From: a virus
Strand: one strand, 5' to 3'
Virus record (IMG/VR): IMGVR_UViG_3300036861_000806
Coordinates: 1-64,000 of that record
DNA: 64,000 nucleotides
Position numbers and translations under genes: made by a program. How positions within the stretch are numbered: position 1 is the stretch's first letter; the number at the start of each line of letters is the position of its first letter. The notes beneath the pieces are model-generated. The model saw only the letters and a program-made list of their open reading frames with translations. It did no database searches and was not told the origin of the DNA. Shown one piece after another: positions 1 to 10,135 of this stretch.

Positions 1-1415
1 GCGAAGCTGCGGTTCGTCCCGCCCGTGTAGGTCACGCTGACCGAGGCCGTGGGCGACGCCAAGCAGGCGCCGGTCGCCGTGTTGGTTTCACACACCGTCA
101 GCGTCAGCGGAAGCGGCACATCGCCCGTGTCCGCGTTGACGTCGATCACTCCCGTCGACCCCACGTTCGAGCTGCTGATCGCGAACACCTGGATACCGTT
201 CTGCGCGGGAATGCGCACGACGCCATCGTTGCTGATGGTCGCCATCAGCGCGATGGTGTCCGGGGTGGGAAAGAAGTCGGCCACGATGAAGAGATTATTG
301 ACGCCCGGCGTCTGGGGCGCCGGCGCGGCGTTGTCACAGAGGAATTGAATCGCCAAGCTCGTCTCGGGGATGACGTCGGTCGGAAGGAAGCCGAAGACGT
401 AATTTTGAATCGCTCCGGGCGCGATGTTCGCCCGCGTGTTCGGCGCCCCGGCCAGCGCATTGGTGGGCGTCGTCGTCTGGTACGTGAGTACCCCGAGCCC
501 GGCGGGCGCGCTCGACGGCCCGGCCGGAGCGCAGTTGACGGCAGTCGTGGAGCCCGGGTTGATGATCGCCGCGAACGCGGTCGCCGGAGTCCCGCCGACC
601 TGCACCGAGCGGCTGAGTGGTAACACCGCCGCGAGCGGCTGACTACCCCCGCCGACCCCCGAGATGATCGCCAAGCCGATCTGCGCGTAGGTCGCCCGCA
701 GAAATGGCAGGTTAGCGACGCCGGTCGCCCCGGTCCCGTCTGGCCAATGCCGATCGGGCCAGTCGAAGACGATCAAACCGATGACGGCGGGATCGCCGAG
801 TGCGTACTGATACATCCGATTGGCCTGGGCGACCATTGCACTCTCGTCCGTGTACGTGAGCCCCCGCAGCCCCGGCGGCAAAATCAGAATCTTCTGGTGC
901 GGCCAGAGGAGCGATTTGAACCACGGCATCGCGTCCAAGGGAGTATCACCGTTGTTGTCCACGGAGACGATGTCAAGGTCTTGCGTCGGGCGGTAGCCGG
1001 GGAAGAAGCGAGCCAACTCCGTTGAGAAGTTTGTCCACAGCGGCACGCCGGGGAGCGCGGCCCGGAACTTGGCCACGCTGGCGTCGAACGCGGACAGCGG
1101 CATCGCGAGTTCCGGCTCGTCGGTGACCCAGACGGCCAGCGGCGGCACCAGCGGATCCGTCACGGACCGAAACCACCGCTGGATCGCCGCCGCGTCCAGC
1201 AGGTCGGGGCGCGAAACGTCGAACGTCGATTGAACAATGTACGGCAGACCTGGCCGGATCGGGCCGGAGGAGCCGAACGAGAAACTGACGGTCCCCTCCT
1301 GCGCCGGGTCGTACGAGTAGTACCCGAAATACTGGGGAGCCGCGGTGGCCGAATCCTGAGGCAGGAACAGATAGCCTAAGATAACAACGCAGAGCAGGGC
1401 AATCTTTGCCGTCAC
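1..1415 (-). CDS. Secreted two-domain protein (signal peptide, glycoside-hydrolase-like N-terminal domain, beta-rich C-terminal domain); runs off the window
   Basis: Manually read ORF absent from the track: GTG at 1415 overlapping the upstream stop, MTAKIALLCVVILGYLFLPQDSATAAPQYFGYY..., open to position 1. Motifs VTDEP, PLWTNF, DIVSVD; C-terminal LAAVLPLSRSVQVG...CETN domain. Confidence 0.7.
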   Translation of the reverse strand, partial: MTAKIALLCVVILGYLFLPQDSATAAPQYFGYYSYDPAQEGTVSFSFGSSGPIRPGLPYIVQSTFDVSRPDLLDAAAIQRWFRSVTDPLVPPLAVWVTDEPELAMPLSAFDASVAKFRAALPGVPLWTNFSTELARFFPGYRPTQDLDIVSVDNNGDTPLDAMPWFKSLLWPHQKILILPPGLRGLTYTDESAMVAQANRMYQYALGDPAVIGLIVFDWPDRHWPDGTGATGVANLPFLRATYAQIGLAIISGVGGGSQPLAAVLPLSRSVQVGGTPATAFAAIINPGSTTAVNCAPAGPSSAPAGLGVLTYQTTTPTNALAGAPNTRANIAPGAIQNYVFGFLPTDVIPETSLAIQFLCDNAAPAPQTPGVNNLFIVADFFPTPDTIALMATISNDGVVRIPAQNGIQVFAISSSNVGSTGVIDVNADTGDVPLPLTLTVCETNTATGACLASPTASVSVTYTGGTNRSF

Positions 1416-1669
1416 GGCTTCTCCTTCGGCGGCGTCACGATGCCGTCGCTCGCGTAGTCCCCGCTGCTCAGTTCACACGCGCGGCTCTCGCCGCGCCGCT
1501 TCCCCCCGACGAGGACGTAGCGCGTCCAGCAAGTCAAAAACCCGCAGCGTTCTGTCTGGAGGACACGCATCGTGTCGGGGGGCACGAACATGAGCTGCGC
1601 CATGTCCCGTTCACACCCCGGCGCGACTGCGAAAAGGAAGGCGAATTCGGCGGCCAGGAGCGCCGTCAC
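1412..1669 (-). CDS. Small hypothetical membrane/lipoprotein
   Basis: Hydrophobic N-terminus ending APGC; coupled to both neighbours by overlapping start/stop. Confidence 0.5.
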   Translation of the reverse strand: MTALLAAEFAFLFAVAPGCERDMAQLMFVPPDTMRVLQTERCGFLTCWTRYVLVGGKRRGESRACELSSGDYASDGIVTPPKEKP

Positions 1670-2166
1670 AGTTCCGCCAGTTCCACGACGTTGCCGCCTC
1701 GCCCCGGCGCGTGGGCCGGCGAGCGCCCGGGCTGCCAGACAATCGGCGTCCCAGCTAGCGCATCGGTTGCCATCCTCGCGCGCGTGGTCCGCGGGCGCTC
1801 GCAGAAAGCGCAGAAGTCCGACGACGGAAGGCTCGCGCCCCCGCGCGCGAGGTGGTGATGGTAACCCCGCAACTCGCGATAAACGCGCGCGAGCGAGTCG
1901 GCGAGGCGGCGCTCACAGTCGACGCAGGCCACGGCCCCGCACGCGTCGACATGGCAGCGCGACAGTGGATCGACGGGCGGCCCCTCGGACAGCGCGAGGG
2001 GGGCGATACTCACGGTCGGCGTTCGCGTAGAGATGCCCGGCACGTGGAGCCCGGCGTGAACGAGCCGCGACTCGACCGCCTGCCGAGAGAGACCGACCCG
2101 CGCCCCGATTTTGGCAAACGTGAGCCCTGCGGCGCGAAGAGCGGCGAGGCGCTCCGTCGCGATCAC
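1666..2166 (-). CDS. HTH and Cys-rich (Zn-binding) protein
   Basis: GTG at 2166; LRAAGLTFAKIGARVGLSRQAVESRL helix-turn-helix; CxxC pairs downstream. Confidence 0.6.
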   Translation of the reverse strand: MIATERLAALRAAGLTFAKIGARVGLSRQAVESRLVHAGLHVPGISTRTPTVSIAPLALSEGPPVDPLSRCHVDACGAVACVDCERRLADSLARVYRELRGYHHHLARGGASLPSSDFCAFCERPRTTRARMATDALAGTPIVWQPGRSPAHAPGRGGNVVELAEL

Positions 2167-2282
2167 CGCCGCCCCCAGAAGAGAATCACGAGGCCGACGA
2201 CGGCGAGCACGACCCACAGGCCGTACAACCAATCGGCGTTGGCGTCGACGAACACGAGGAGTGCGCGCTCAGCGTCCGTCAC
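2163..2282 (-). CDS. 39-aa single-TM protein (holin/lysis-accessory candidate)
   Basis: MTDAERALLVFVDANADWLYGLWVVLAVVGLVILFWGRR, GTGA-coupled to the endolysin stop. Confidence 0.45.
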   Translation of the reverse strand: MTDAERALLVFVDANADWLYGLWVVLAVVGLVILFWGRR

Positions 2283-2794
2283 GAGTCTTCCGCTCCGTAA
2301 CGCAGATCGTTCGCGAGCCGGCGCGCCCAGCCTCGGCCCTGCGTTGTCCAGGCGACGAGGCGTGAGAGATAGTCAAGTCGCTCGGCCACGAGCCGCATGA
2401 TCGCGTCCGACTCGCTCGTCATGTCTGCTGCCGCCTGGCTCACCGGCCCCCAGCGCCCATCATCGGCGACGCCGAGCGCCCGCTGGAAGTGTCGGATGGC
2501 CGTCTCGACTCCAGAATTATAGGCATAATCGGCAAGCTGCCAAGCCACACCGTCGGGAAGCTTGTCAGCGTTAATTCGGCTCCAGAAATCCCGGCGAAAA
2601 ATCACCTTGGCATCGTCACGAGTCAGCGCCTTAATATTTAGAGTTGCATAGCTCGCAGCGCTGACACCGTACTTGGAGCCGCGCAGTTCACCGAGCCCCT
2701 TGCCCCCTCCAGTCCAGTTCCCGGCGTCCTCGGGGTCGAGGGAGAGAATACCCTCATGCCCCATCAATCGGTCGAACGCGTCGTCGAAGGTCAT
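2279..2794 (-). CDS. Endolysin, glycoside hydrolase family 108 with C-terminal peptidoglycan-binding domain
   Basis: MTFDDAFDRLMGHEG..DPEDAGNWTGG..GSKYGVS, YNSG, ALGVADDGRWGP, GRGWARR motifs typical of GH108 lysozymes. Confidence 0.9.
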   Translation of the reverse strand: MTFDDAFDRLMGHEGILSLDPEDAGNWTGGGKGLGELRGSKYGVSAASYATLNIKALTRDDAKVIFRRDFWSRINADKLPDGVAWQLADYAYNSGVETAIRHFQRALGVADDGRWGPVSQAAADMTSESDAIMRLVAERLDYLSRLVAWTTQGRGWARRLANDLRYGAEDS

Positions 2795-2991
2795 CCCGCC
2801 TCGCCGGTGTGCGCCCAGAACTCGTCGGCTCGCTCGTGCTGTGAGAGCCGTGGCGGGACTTTCCCACGGTAGAAGAAGTTGCACATGATACGATTCGCGA
2901 CCGCCCAATCATCGCCGTATACGCAGTGGTGATGCGGGCATAGGCCGGCGTCTCCCGCGAGCCGAAGACCGCACGATGCGCACAGGCTCAC
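2791..2991 (-). CDS. Small Cys/His-rich hypothetical protein
   Basis: CASC...CPHHHC; overlapping start/stop with neighbours. Confidence 0.5.
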   Translation of the reverse strand: MSLCASCGLRLAGDAGLCPHHHCVYGDDWAVANRIMCNFFYRGKVPPRLSQHERADEFWAHTGEAG

Positions 2992-3453
2992 GGTTGATCC
3001 GCCGAGGCCGCGAGGGCGAGCACGAGCCCCGCGAGCTTCAGCGCGTCGTTCGCGCTCACGTCGCCCTTGGCGGCGACAAACTTCTGCGCCGCGTCGCTCG
3101 CTCGGCGGAGCGTGTCGAGCCGCACGGTCACGAGCTTCGTCTTCACTCTCATTCCAGCCCTCCCGGCTCGAACGCGAGCGGCAGCCGGATCATCCGGTGC
3201 ACGTCAGCCGGCTCATGTCCGAGCGGCAGCGTGCAGACGGAGATACCGTTGCCGATGCGGCGATTGTCATTGACGCGCCCGCAGCCTCGGATCTCGGCGA
3301 GCGGCCCGGTGCGCGCGAGCCCTTCGCGGGACGCAAGGAGCGCAGCCCACGAACGCGCGGCGTCGGCACCGGCGATGGCCTGTACAAACTCGACCGTCGT
3401 CGCAGGATGCTCCGTCATCGCGTAGGCACCGCGAGTCGCGCCGGGCAGCTCGC

Positions 3454-3576
3454 TCATCGGCACACCAACCGTTCAGGTCCTCGCACGAGCGCCACGCGCC
3501 CGGGACACGTTTCCCAGTGATAGGCATACCGCGCGCAGCCGGCGATGAGAACGGCGAAGATCAGGAGCACCCTCAT
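3454..3576 (-). CDS. Small lipoprotein (outer-membrane spanin-like candidate)
   Basis: MRVLLIFAVLIAGC lipobox-like signal, 40 aa. Confidence 0.4.
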   Translation of the reverse strand: MRVLLIFAVLIAGCARYAYHWETCPGRVALVRGPERLVCR

Positions 3577-4799
3577 CGGTTGTCTCCGTAGGCGGCCAGC
3601 GCCAGGATGGCGCCAACGAGGGCCGCGGTCGTGATGCTGACGACCCAGGCGACCTTGATTAAGACCCAGAGCCACGACAGGCCGAGCCCAGACCCACTCC
3701 ATCACGGCGCCTCCAAATCCAGCGCCCGATCGGGGATGATCACCGGATGTTTCACCGAAGCAGACGACGGTGCGACGAGAGTCTTGACCCACCCGCCCCA
3801 GCACTGGTCTGCGGACATTGGCATCGGCCCGCAGTCGAACAGGAGCGCCGTGCCGATGACGAACCCGCAGCCGGCGAGGGCGAGGGCGCAAAGAGGCGCG
3901 CACACCCGTAGTAAACGCTGTCTATACTGGTAGTTGAGTCCTCGTATACTGTCGCGCCCGCGGGTCATTGCGGCGCCTCCGGCTCTCGGGACGCTGGCAC
4001 GACGGAGCCGACACGAACGGCATTGTCAACCCGAAGCCACGGGCGCGCCGGGTCAAGCCGCCAACGACCCGACACGATCATCCGGGCGATCACTTGCTCG
4101 GCCGCGTTGTCGGCCCCCATTAGTGACCTCTCGGCCACGGCGGGAACAGGTCCTCGTGCCGCATCTTCTCCGCGATGTCCTCGAAGTCGCGCCGGGTCTC
4201 CTCGTCCCGGTCCAGGTCCACGACCTTCCCGTCGACCACGCCGATGGCCGGCTGGGCGGGCCGGGAATGACTACACACGCGACGCCAGGACTCGCGGACC
4301 CAAGCGGGGATCATGGCGTCACGGGCAAACCAGCGTCGCTGGGCTCTAAGTTGCGTTTCCCGGTCGTGGGCACTGCCCAGATGAACCGCTCGCCCTTTCC
4401 GGGCTTAACTGTGATTCCATCGAAGCCCATCCGTTCCCCGAGTGCACGCCACGCGACGTTGATGGGTCCGTTCCACGGCCCGAGCTGGCCGTGATAGAGA
4501 AGACCGTACGCGTAGTGGGGCGACGCCGCTGCGGGTCGCTTCGCGCAGGAGCGCCAGGTCCTCGGCGCTCATCTCGAACATGTTGACCGCGGCCGCCATG
4601 TGCCGGCACATCCCGGGGCGGTACGACGGGTGCAGCGGGTCCAGGCAGTTGCCGACTTCCCCGCTCATCGCGATCCGCTCCCAACCCGCGCACCAATAGC
4701 ACATCCCCGCGACCTGCCGCTCGATAGCCTCGTCTCGGGTGAGCGCCCGTGGCGACAGCCCGAACACCCAGCGCACCAGCGCAGCCAGACCCCAGAGCG

Positions 4800-4931
4800 T
4801 CATGGGACGAGCGTGCTCCCGCACCACAACGCCAGCCCGAACGGCACCATCGCGACGCCGGGGTTCACGCCGAACATCGAGAGGACAAACGCGATCGTGG
4901 CGACGAGGCGTATTACGGAAGAGACGGTCAT
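4800..4931 (-). CDS. 43-aa two-TM membrane protein (holin candidate)
   Basis: MTVSSVIRLVATIAFVLSMFGVNPGVAMVPFGLALWCGSTLVP with AGGAG RBS. Confidence 0.45.
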   Translation of the reverse strand: MTVSSVIRLVATIAFVLSMFGVNPGVAMVPFGLALWCGSTLVP

Positions 4932-5478
4932 GATCGGGCTCCTTTCAGTTGCTCAGCATGGCGGTGGCTCAGGGATCACCAGCGCATGCCAATGGCTTGC
5001 TGCCCGGTGAGCATTCAACCCATGGTCCTCGGCGACGATCCACGGGACCGCGTTCGGCTCGGCAGCGTCCCAGGCGTAATAGATGGAAAATGGGCACGGC
5101 ACGTCCGCGAAGGTCTGCCAGCCGGTCATGGATTCCCCGCCTGGATCCCGGAGATGGTTTCGGCCATGGGGTCATGGTCCTCGTCGTCGAACGCGCGCCC
5201 AGGATCGCTTCGCTCGAGGAGGCGCCAGCGGGCGATGCCCCAGCTCCGCTCCGACCGCTCCCGCTCTAGCATGCGTTGGATCGCTGCGTTCAATCGAGCG
5301 GTGGCGTCGAGGAGCTGAGCCTCAGCGTCGAAGCGCTGCTCCGCTTCCGCGGCGTCGCGGGCCACGGCCGACCCGTCCGGCGTCGCCGGCGCGTCGGCAA
5401 CATGTACCTGCGCCGACGACGCGCCGCCGAGGAGGAGCGCGACCGTCAACAGGCTGACCGGCGCAAGACCATACAGCC

Positions 5479-5832
5479 CTACCGCGACCGCCGCTCGACC
5501 TGCTCGCTCAGCCGTTTGATCCACTTGTTGATCTCCTCCAGCACCGCGAGGCGCGTCTCCGCGGCGGCCTGTCGCGCTTCGCACTGCCCCACCCTCTGCT
5601 CGAGGTTCTCGACCCTCTCGGATCGCCTCGTCGCGATCGCCTTGACGTAGTAGGTTTCGGACCGCAGGGCGTCGAGGTCGCTCCGGAGCTTCTTGACCTC
5701 GCCCAGAATGATCCCGCCGAGCGTCGTCAGGGCCAAGAAGACCAGGCCGACGAGGCCCGTCACGATCGCCTTCCGCAGGGTCCCGTTCACCCCACGCTCC
5801 TGTTGGCGAACGCCGTCGTTCCATCGAGCCAT
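5479..5832 (-). CDS. TM plus coiled-coil protein (spanin/holin-like)
   Basis: ATG at 5832; single TM (AIVTGLVGLVFLALTTLGGIIL) followed by heptad-rich helix; located between tail and endolysin. Confidence 0.55.
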   Translation of the reverse strand: MARWNDGVRQQERGVNGTLRKAIVTGLVGLVFLALTTLGGIILGEVKKLRSDLDALRSETYYVKAIATRRSERVENLEQRVGQCEARQAAAETRLAVLEEINKWIKRLSEQVERRSR

Positions 5833-6185
5833 TACCCCGCGTGTTCCTCGCGACCCTGCGCGAGCCCGCCGGAGACGAGTCCTTGCCACTCGTCCGCGCG
5901 TTGCTGCTTTTCCTGATGCTCTCGCAGCAGCCGCTCCGCGATCACCGCCGCCGTCAGGTCGACGGGCTCGCGCGTGAGGTCCGCCTTGCTCCGCGCGGTC
6001 TCCGCGGTGAGTCGCAGCTGGGCCCCCATCGCGCTGTTGACGAGCATGTGCGTCGAGATGCCGATCCGCTCGGCCCGCGCCTGCGACCGGGCCACCGTGA
6101 GCATTAAATATCCGATGCCCAGAACGCCGAACGCCGTGACCCCCGAGAACGCCACCCCGATCCCCCACAAGACGTCAGTGGACAT
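5832..6185 (-). CDS. TM plus coiled-coil membrane protein (lysis-region)
   Basis: N-terminal TM and helical C-terminus. Confidence 0.55.
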   Translation of the reverse strand: MSTDVLWGIGVAFSGVTAFGVLGIGYLMLTVARSQARAERIGISTHMLVNSAMGAQLRLTAETARSKADLTREPVDLTAAVIAERLLREHQEKQQRADEWQGLVSGGLAQGREEHAG

Positions 6186-6233
6186 CGGCGGATACCCCCT
6201 GTCTCACGGGCTCTTTTCGTTTGCGGGCGGCAC

Positions 6234-6263
6234 TTGACTGAGTGTGTAGGACATGTGTATACT
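6234..6263 (+). promoter_or_regulatory. Sigma70-type promoter for the RHH gene
   Basis: TTGACT-18 nt-TATACT, 7 nt before ATG 6271. Confidence 0.55.
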
Positions 6264-6270
6264 GCCCGTC

Positions 6271-6477
6271 ATGGAGCGCTACCAGATCCACCTCACGAGG
6301 CCACAGTTGATCGCGCTGAAGAAGGTGGCGAAGGCATCCGGAACCAAAGTGGCGGAACTGATCCGCCGAGCCATCGACGACTACCTGGTTACTCGCTACG
6401 CGCGCGTCCGGAGCACGGACTTCACCGGCAACCCGGGGCCCTTCTCCCACAGCGAAGTCGTGCCCCGAACGAAGTAG
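6271..6477 (+). CDS. Ribbon-helix-helix (CopG-like) DNA-binding protein
   Basis: MERYQIHLTRPQLIALKKVAKASGTKVAELIRRAIDDYL fits the RHH pattern. Confidence 0.75.
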   Translation: MERYQIHLTRPQLIALKKVAKASGTKVAELIRRAIDDYLVTRYARVRSTDFTGNPGPFSHSEVVPRTK

Positions 6478-6486
6478 GAGAACTCC

Positions 6487-6690
6487 ATGAAACGACTGGT
6501 ACCGATCGCGGGCTGGATCTTTTTCTCTCTCGCCCCCGCCGCCACGTGCGACGAGGCGCTGCAATCCGCGGGGATGTGCACCGCGAGTGTCGCTGAAAAC
6601 GAAACGGCGGCGCCGAGCGCGGACGCGGTCAACGAGGGGAACGGCGATTCGAACACGCGACCAATCCTTCCCATCGCTCCGGCCAAATAG
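6487..6690 (+). CDS. Small secreted protein
   Basis: AGGAG RBS; signal peptide MKRLVPIAGWIFFSLAPAA. Confidence 0.5.
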   Translation: MKRLVPIAGWIFFSLAPAATCDEALQSAGMCTASVAENETAAPSADAVNEGNGDSNTRPILPIAPAK

Positions 6691-6695
6691 CATGG

Positions 6696-9600
6696 TCACC
6701 GCTTCAGCTCCACGATGTCGATCTCCCAATCGACGTTCGAGTCCAAGAACGCCGTCGTGCTCGATCCTCCGGCCTTGATCTGAACTTGATAGGTGTACGT
6801 GGCCCCGATGGTTGTCGATGGGAGAATGGTCATCATCGTCACGGTCCCGACGATAGATCCGCTGGCCGGCACAACCTCACCGGCCACGCCACCGTTTGAA
6901 CGCACGGTCGTCTCGACGAGCTGGGCGAGCGCGGCGACCGTCGCCGCGCTACCCGACGTGTTCCGCACGCCCAGAGGGAGCTTCACGAGCACGACGAGTG
7001 CGCCGCCCGCCACGGAGTCGTAGCTTTTGGTCACGCCCGTGGCATCAACAAAGGACGTGCTCGTAGTCGAAAACGATGAGCTGCCCTGCGACCGCGTAGG
7101 GGAAATGCTGATCGCGTTCGCCGCGACTTCCGTCGTACCCACCGTCCCCGAGCCGAGGTTCGCGCTCCCATCGATCCGCACGAGTGAGAACGAGATCGTC
7201 GCGGACCAGAGCGCGCCCGCGCCGTCTGCCGTGGTCGGGTTGCCGGTGTAGTCCTTCGCGCGGAGTCGGAAGTGGTACGTCGTCCCGTAGGTCAGGGCCT
7301 CCAGGGTCAAGCTCTTGTCGGTCGCCCGCGCGCCGGCCTTCCCGCTCTCGCTCAACGACCCGGCGCCGCTGGCGTTGGCTGACGACGACGCCGTGCGGAT
7401 CTGGTACTCGTATTCGCTGAGGTCTACGTCCGTCGGCGGCGTCCAGCCGAAGGTAATGTTCTTGCCGTTCTTGTTCTTGACGACAATGCTCGTCGGCGTG
7501 CTCGGGGACGTCGTGTCGCCGGGTGCCGTGATCACGAGCGCGGTGCTCCACGCGGACTGCTTGCCGAAGGCGCCGACGGCGCGCTGCGCCACCTCGAACT
7601 TCCAGCCAGGCAAACCGCCGTCGATGCGGAGCGTCCCGCCGCCCGCCGCGAAGGACTGCCCGACGCTCACGTACTCACCGCCGCCGAACACCCGGGCGCC
7701 CGTCTCCATGAACGCCGTGTCGGCGCCGAGCGCGGCGACCGTGACGACGGCGAACGCGAACGTCGTGCCGTCGGCGTTGCCCGGCGTGTCCGTGCCCTGG
7801 TACGTGCCCGACGAAGAAAGCGTGGGCGCGGCCGGCGTCGCGGGCGTCGGACCGGACGCCGCGGCGGTCGGCCGCTCGCTCACCGTCGCGGTCGGCGCCG
7901 ACTTGTTGCTGCTCGTGTCCTCGGCCAGGATGCGGTAGTAGCGCAGCGCGCCAATCGGGGCGTTCACGTCGACGAACCGCGACGCCTTGATCTTGGCGAT
8001 CAGGAGCGTCGCGTCCGTGTACGGGGCGACGGGCCACCCGCTGTCAACCGAGTTCGCGAACACGAAGTACTCGTCGAGATCGGTTTCCGCGTTGTCCGCC
8101 CAGTCGAGGGAGACGCCGGCACCGGTCCCGAGCGACGCGGCGAGTCCCGTTGGCGTCGCGGGGGCCACCTGATCGCGCGGCGCCGTCTGGTTCTCGAGGA
8201 TCGTGGAATCCGTCGTCAGGGTACCTGGCTGGTTGACGGTCCGGACGCGGTAGTCGTACACCTTGTTCGAGATCAATCCAGGGATCTTCGCCGTGAGCGC
8301 CCCCGTGCCCGTGATGGGCGGGCCTGTGACCCACGTCGACTCGCCATCGATGCGGTACATCGGTAGCGAGTGCAGGAGGTTCGTGGTCGGCGCTGTCCAC
8401 GCGAGGATGCTGAATGCGCTCCAGTTCCCTTCGGCATCCTGCTCGACGCCCGATGATGAGATCGAGAGGCCAGTCGCAGCATTGGGGGCCGTCCGCGAAT
8501 AGTCCGTGGCGAATCCGTCGGGGCCATTCGGGGGCAGCGTGCCCGCGACGTAGGCGTAGATCGCGTTATAGTCAGCCTGCACCCCGCCCTGGAGATGCAG
8601 GTCGACCGTGGTCAGGCGATCCTCAACCTCGCGGATCTCGAAGATCCCGTTCGTCACATTCACGGGCGCGAAGGTGAGCGTGACGACCTTCCCAACGTCG
8701 GCCTCCCGCGCCTCCTGGGGCGTGGTTGCTCGGATCGTTGATTCGGACCACCCGATGCGGCCCTTGAGGTAATGCGTCGTCTTGTCGGCCGTGGTGTGGT
8801 CACGGATGAAATCGTTTTCGAGGATCAGGTCCTTGCCGCGGTTGGCCGTTACCGTGCGTCGCTGCTCGTAGCGCAAAGTGCCGTCAATGAGGTCGCGTCG
8901 GTATTTGAGGATGACCTCCTTGGTACGGTCCTCCTCAGCGATCCGCTCGCGGTCCTCACAACTCACGAGGTTCGTGACGCCCTCGCCCGCGCCGTCCCGA
9001 AGCGTCAGAAACGACGTCTGCTGGGCGTCGACGCTCTCGGTCCACCGCCCGAGGAGGTCGAGGCCCAGCATCAGACCGCGAGGCATGCCGAGCTGGGCGA
9101 GCACGTCCTGGGCTTGGCGTTGCTCTGACAGGACGCCATCAGCATAGAGGGAGCCGATTGCGTCGAGCGCAGCCTCAGCAGCGTCCCAACTCTCGGCGGA
9201 TACCGTCTGGTTCAATCCGGCCCATGGCCGGGTCAGTATATTGCGCCGCGCTCGAGAGAAGTTACGGTCAGCGGCAGGCCCGGAGAAGTCCCCCCAGAGA
9301 TCGTGCAGCTCCGTGCCCCCGAAGCGCGTCTGCCTGAGCGGGAATACGATCACCGTGTAGCCCGGGTAGAGCACGGTGTTCACCGTGTACTCGCCCGCTC
9401 CGATGTTCGCGAACTGCTGGCCGCCGACGCCATCACGTCGGAGTGCGTTGACGGTGATCGACCCGACGCCCGCCGCGAGCGGCGCGAGATAGATGAACCG
9501 GCTGCCCGGGAGATCGTCGACGATGCAATACAGTGGCACATTGGTCGCCGTCCCGAAGAGCACGGGGATGACCTTGCCCAGCGACACCGATGGCGCCTCC

Positions 9601-10103
9601 GGGAACAGCGTCGTGGTGATTGTCGCCGAAGGGATTACCTGTTCTAGAACCGCGCGCTTGACGTTCTTCGACGCTAGGGTCAGCAGCGTCGGCGAGAGCG
9701 ACGCCTGGGTGATCTGCCCGACGAAGCGGGAGAGGACGAATCCCGATTCCTCATCGTAGCGCTCGACCTCGATGGTGTTTCCGCGCGGGTCCGCATCATA
9801 GGCGCTGGTCAGAGATCCGTCGGCGTTCACGAGCGCGAAGCTCGTGGTCTGCGTATCGAGGGCGCGAAAGATCGGATCCATGCGTCGGGTGATAACGGGG
9901 AGATGGCCTTTCGCAATTCGACCCGTGTACGCCCGCGACGCCTCGCGATCTGTGGTACGCGTAGCAAAGTAGCGTGTGACGCCCTCAAGGATGGGGCGGA
10001 CGCGCCAGCCTGGGCGCCACGGCACACGTCGTTCTATCGTCTGAAACCACGCGGGATCAAACCACGCGGGATCAAACCACGCGGGGAGGATTTGTTGCGC
10101 CAC
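6696..10103 (-). CDS. Tail tip/baseplate-hub protein with fibronectin type III repeats
   Basis: 1135 aa downstream of tape measure and fibre; FN3-like motifs (LAWTAP..YDYRVRTVN, LDWADN..YYRILAED, FGWTPP..YHFRLRAKD). Confidence 0.8.
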   Translation of the reverse strand: MAQQILPAWFDPAWFDPAWFQTIERRVPWRPGWRVRPILEGVTRYFATRTTDREASRAYTGRIAKGHLPVITRRMDPIFRALDTQTTSFALVNADGSLTSAYDADPRGNTIEVERYDEESGFVLSRFVGQITQASLSPTLLTLASKNVKRAVLEQVIPSATITTTLFPEAPSVSLGKVIPVLFGTATNVPLYCIVDDLPGSRFIYLAPLAAGVGSITVNALRRDGVGGQQFANIGAGEYTVNTVLYPGYTVIVFPLRQTRFGGTELHDLWGDFSGPAADRNFSRARRNILTRPWAGLNQTVSAESWDAAEAALDAIGSLYADGVLSEQRQAQDVLAQLGMPRGLMLGLDLLGRWTESVDAQQTSFLTLRDGAGEGVTNLVSCEDRERIAEEDRTKEVILKYRRDLIDGTLRYEQRRTVTANRGKDLILENDFIRDHTTADKTTHYLKGRIGWSESTIRATTPQEAREADVGKVVTLTFAPVNVTNGIFEIREVEDRLTTVDLHLQGGVQADYNAIYAYVAGTLPPNGPDGFATDYSRTAPNAATGLSISSSGVEQDAEGNWSAFSILAWTAPTTNLLHSLPMYRIDGESTWVTGPPITGTGALTAKIPGLISNKVYDYRVRTVNQPGTLTTDSTILENQTAPRDQVAPATPTGLAASLGTGAGVSLDWADNAETDLDEYFVFANSVDSGWPVAPYTDATLLIAKIKASRFVDVNAPIGALRYYRILAEDTSSNKSAPTATVSERPTAAASGPTPATPAAPTLSSSGTYQGTDTPGNADGTTFAFAVVTVAALGADTAFMETGARVFGGGEYVSVGQSFAAGGGTLRIDGGLPGWKFEVAQRAVGAFGKQSAWSTALVITAPGDTTSPSTPTSIVVKNKNGKNITFGWTPPTDVDLSEYEYQIRTASSSANASGAGSLSESGKAGARATDKSLTLEALTYGTTYHFRLRAKDYTGNPTTADGAGALWSATISFSLVRIDGSANLGSGTVGTTEVAANAISISPTRSQGSSSFSTTSTSFVDATGVTKSYDSVAGGALVVLVKLPLGVRNTSGSAATVAALAQLVETTVRSNGGVAGEVVPASGSIVGTVTMMTILPSTTIGATYTYQVQIKAGGSSTTAFLDSNVDWEIDIVELKR
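10044..10085. repeat. 15-bp tandem repeat x2.8 encoding PAWFD-PAWFD-PAWF
   Basis: AAACCACGCGGGATC repeated. Confidence 0.9.
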
Positions 10104-10135
10104 GTGCTACCCTTGGAGCCCCTCCGCGCTGAGGC

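Noticed and set aside
1350-1376. Partial gapped match of array unit 1 to the GYLFLPQDS codons
   Set aside because: Only 6 of 9 dinucleotides match and the flanks do not; not significant.
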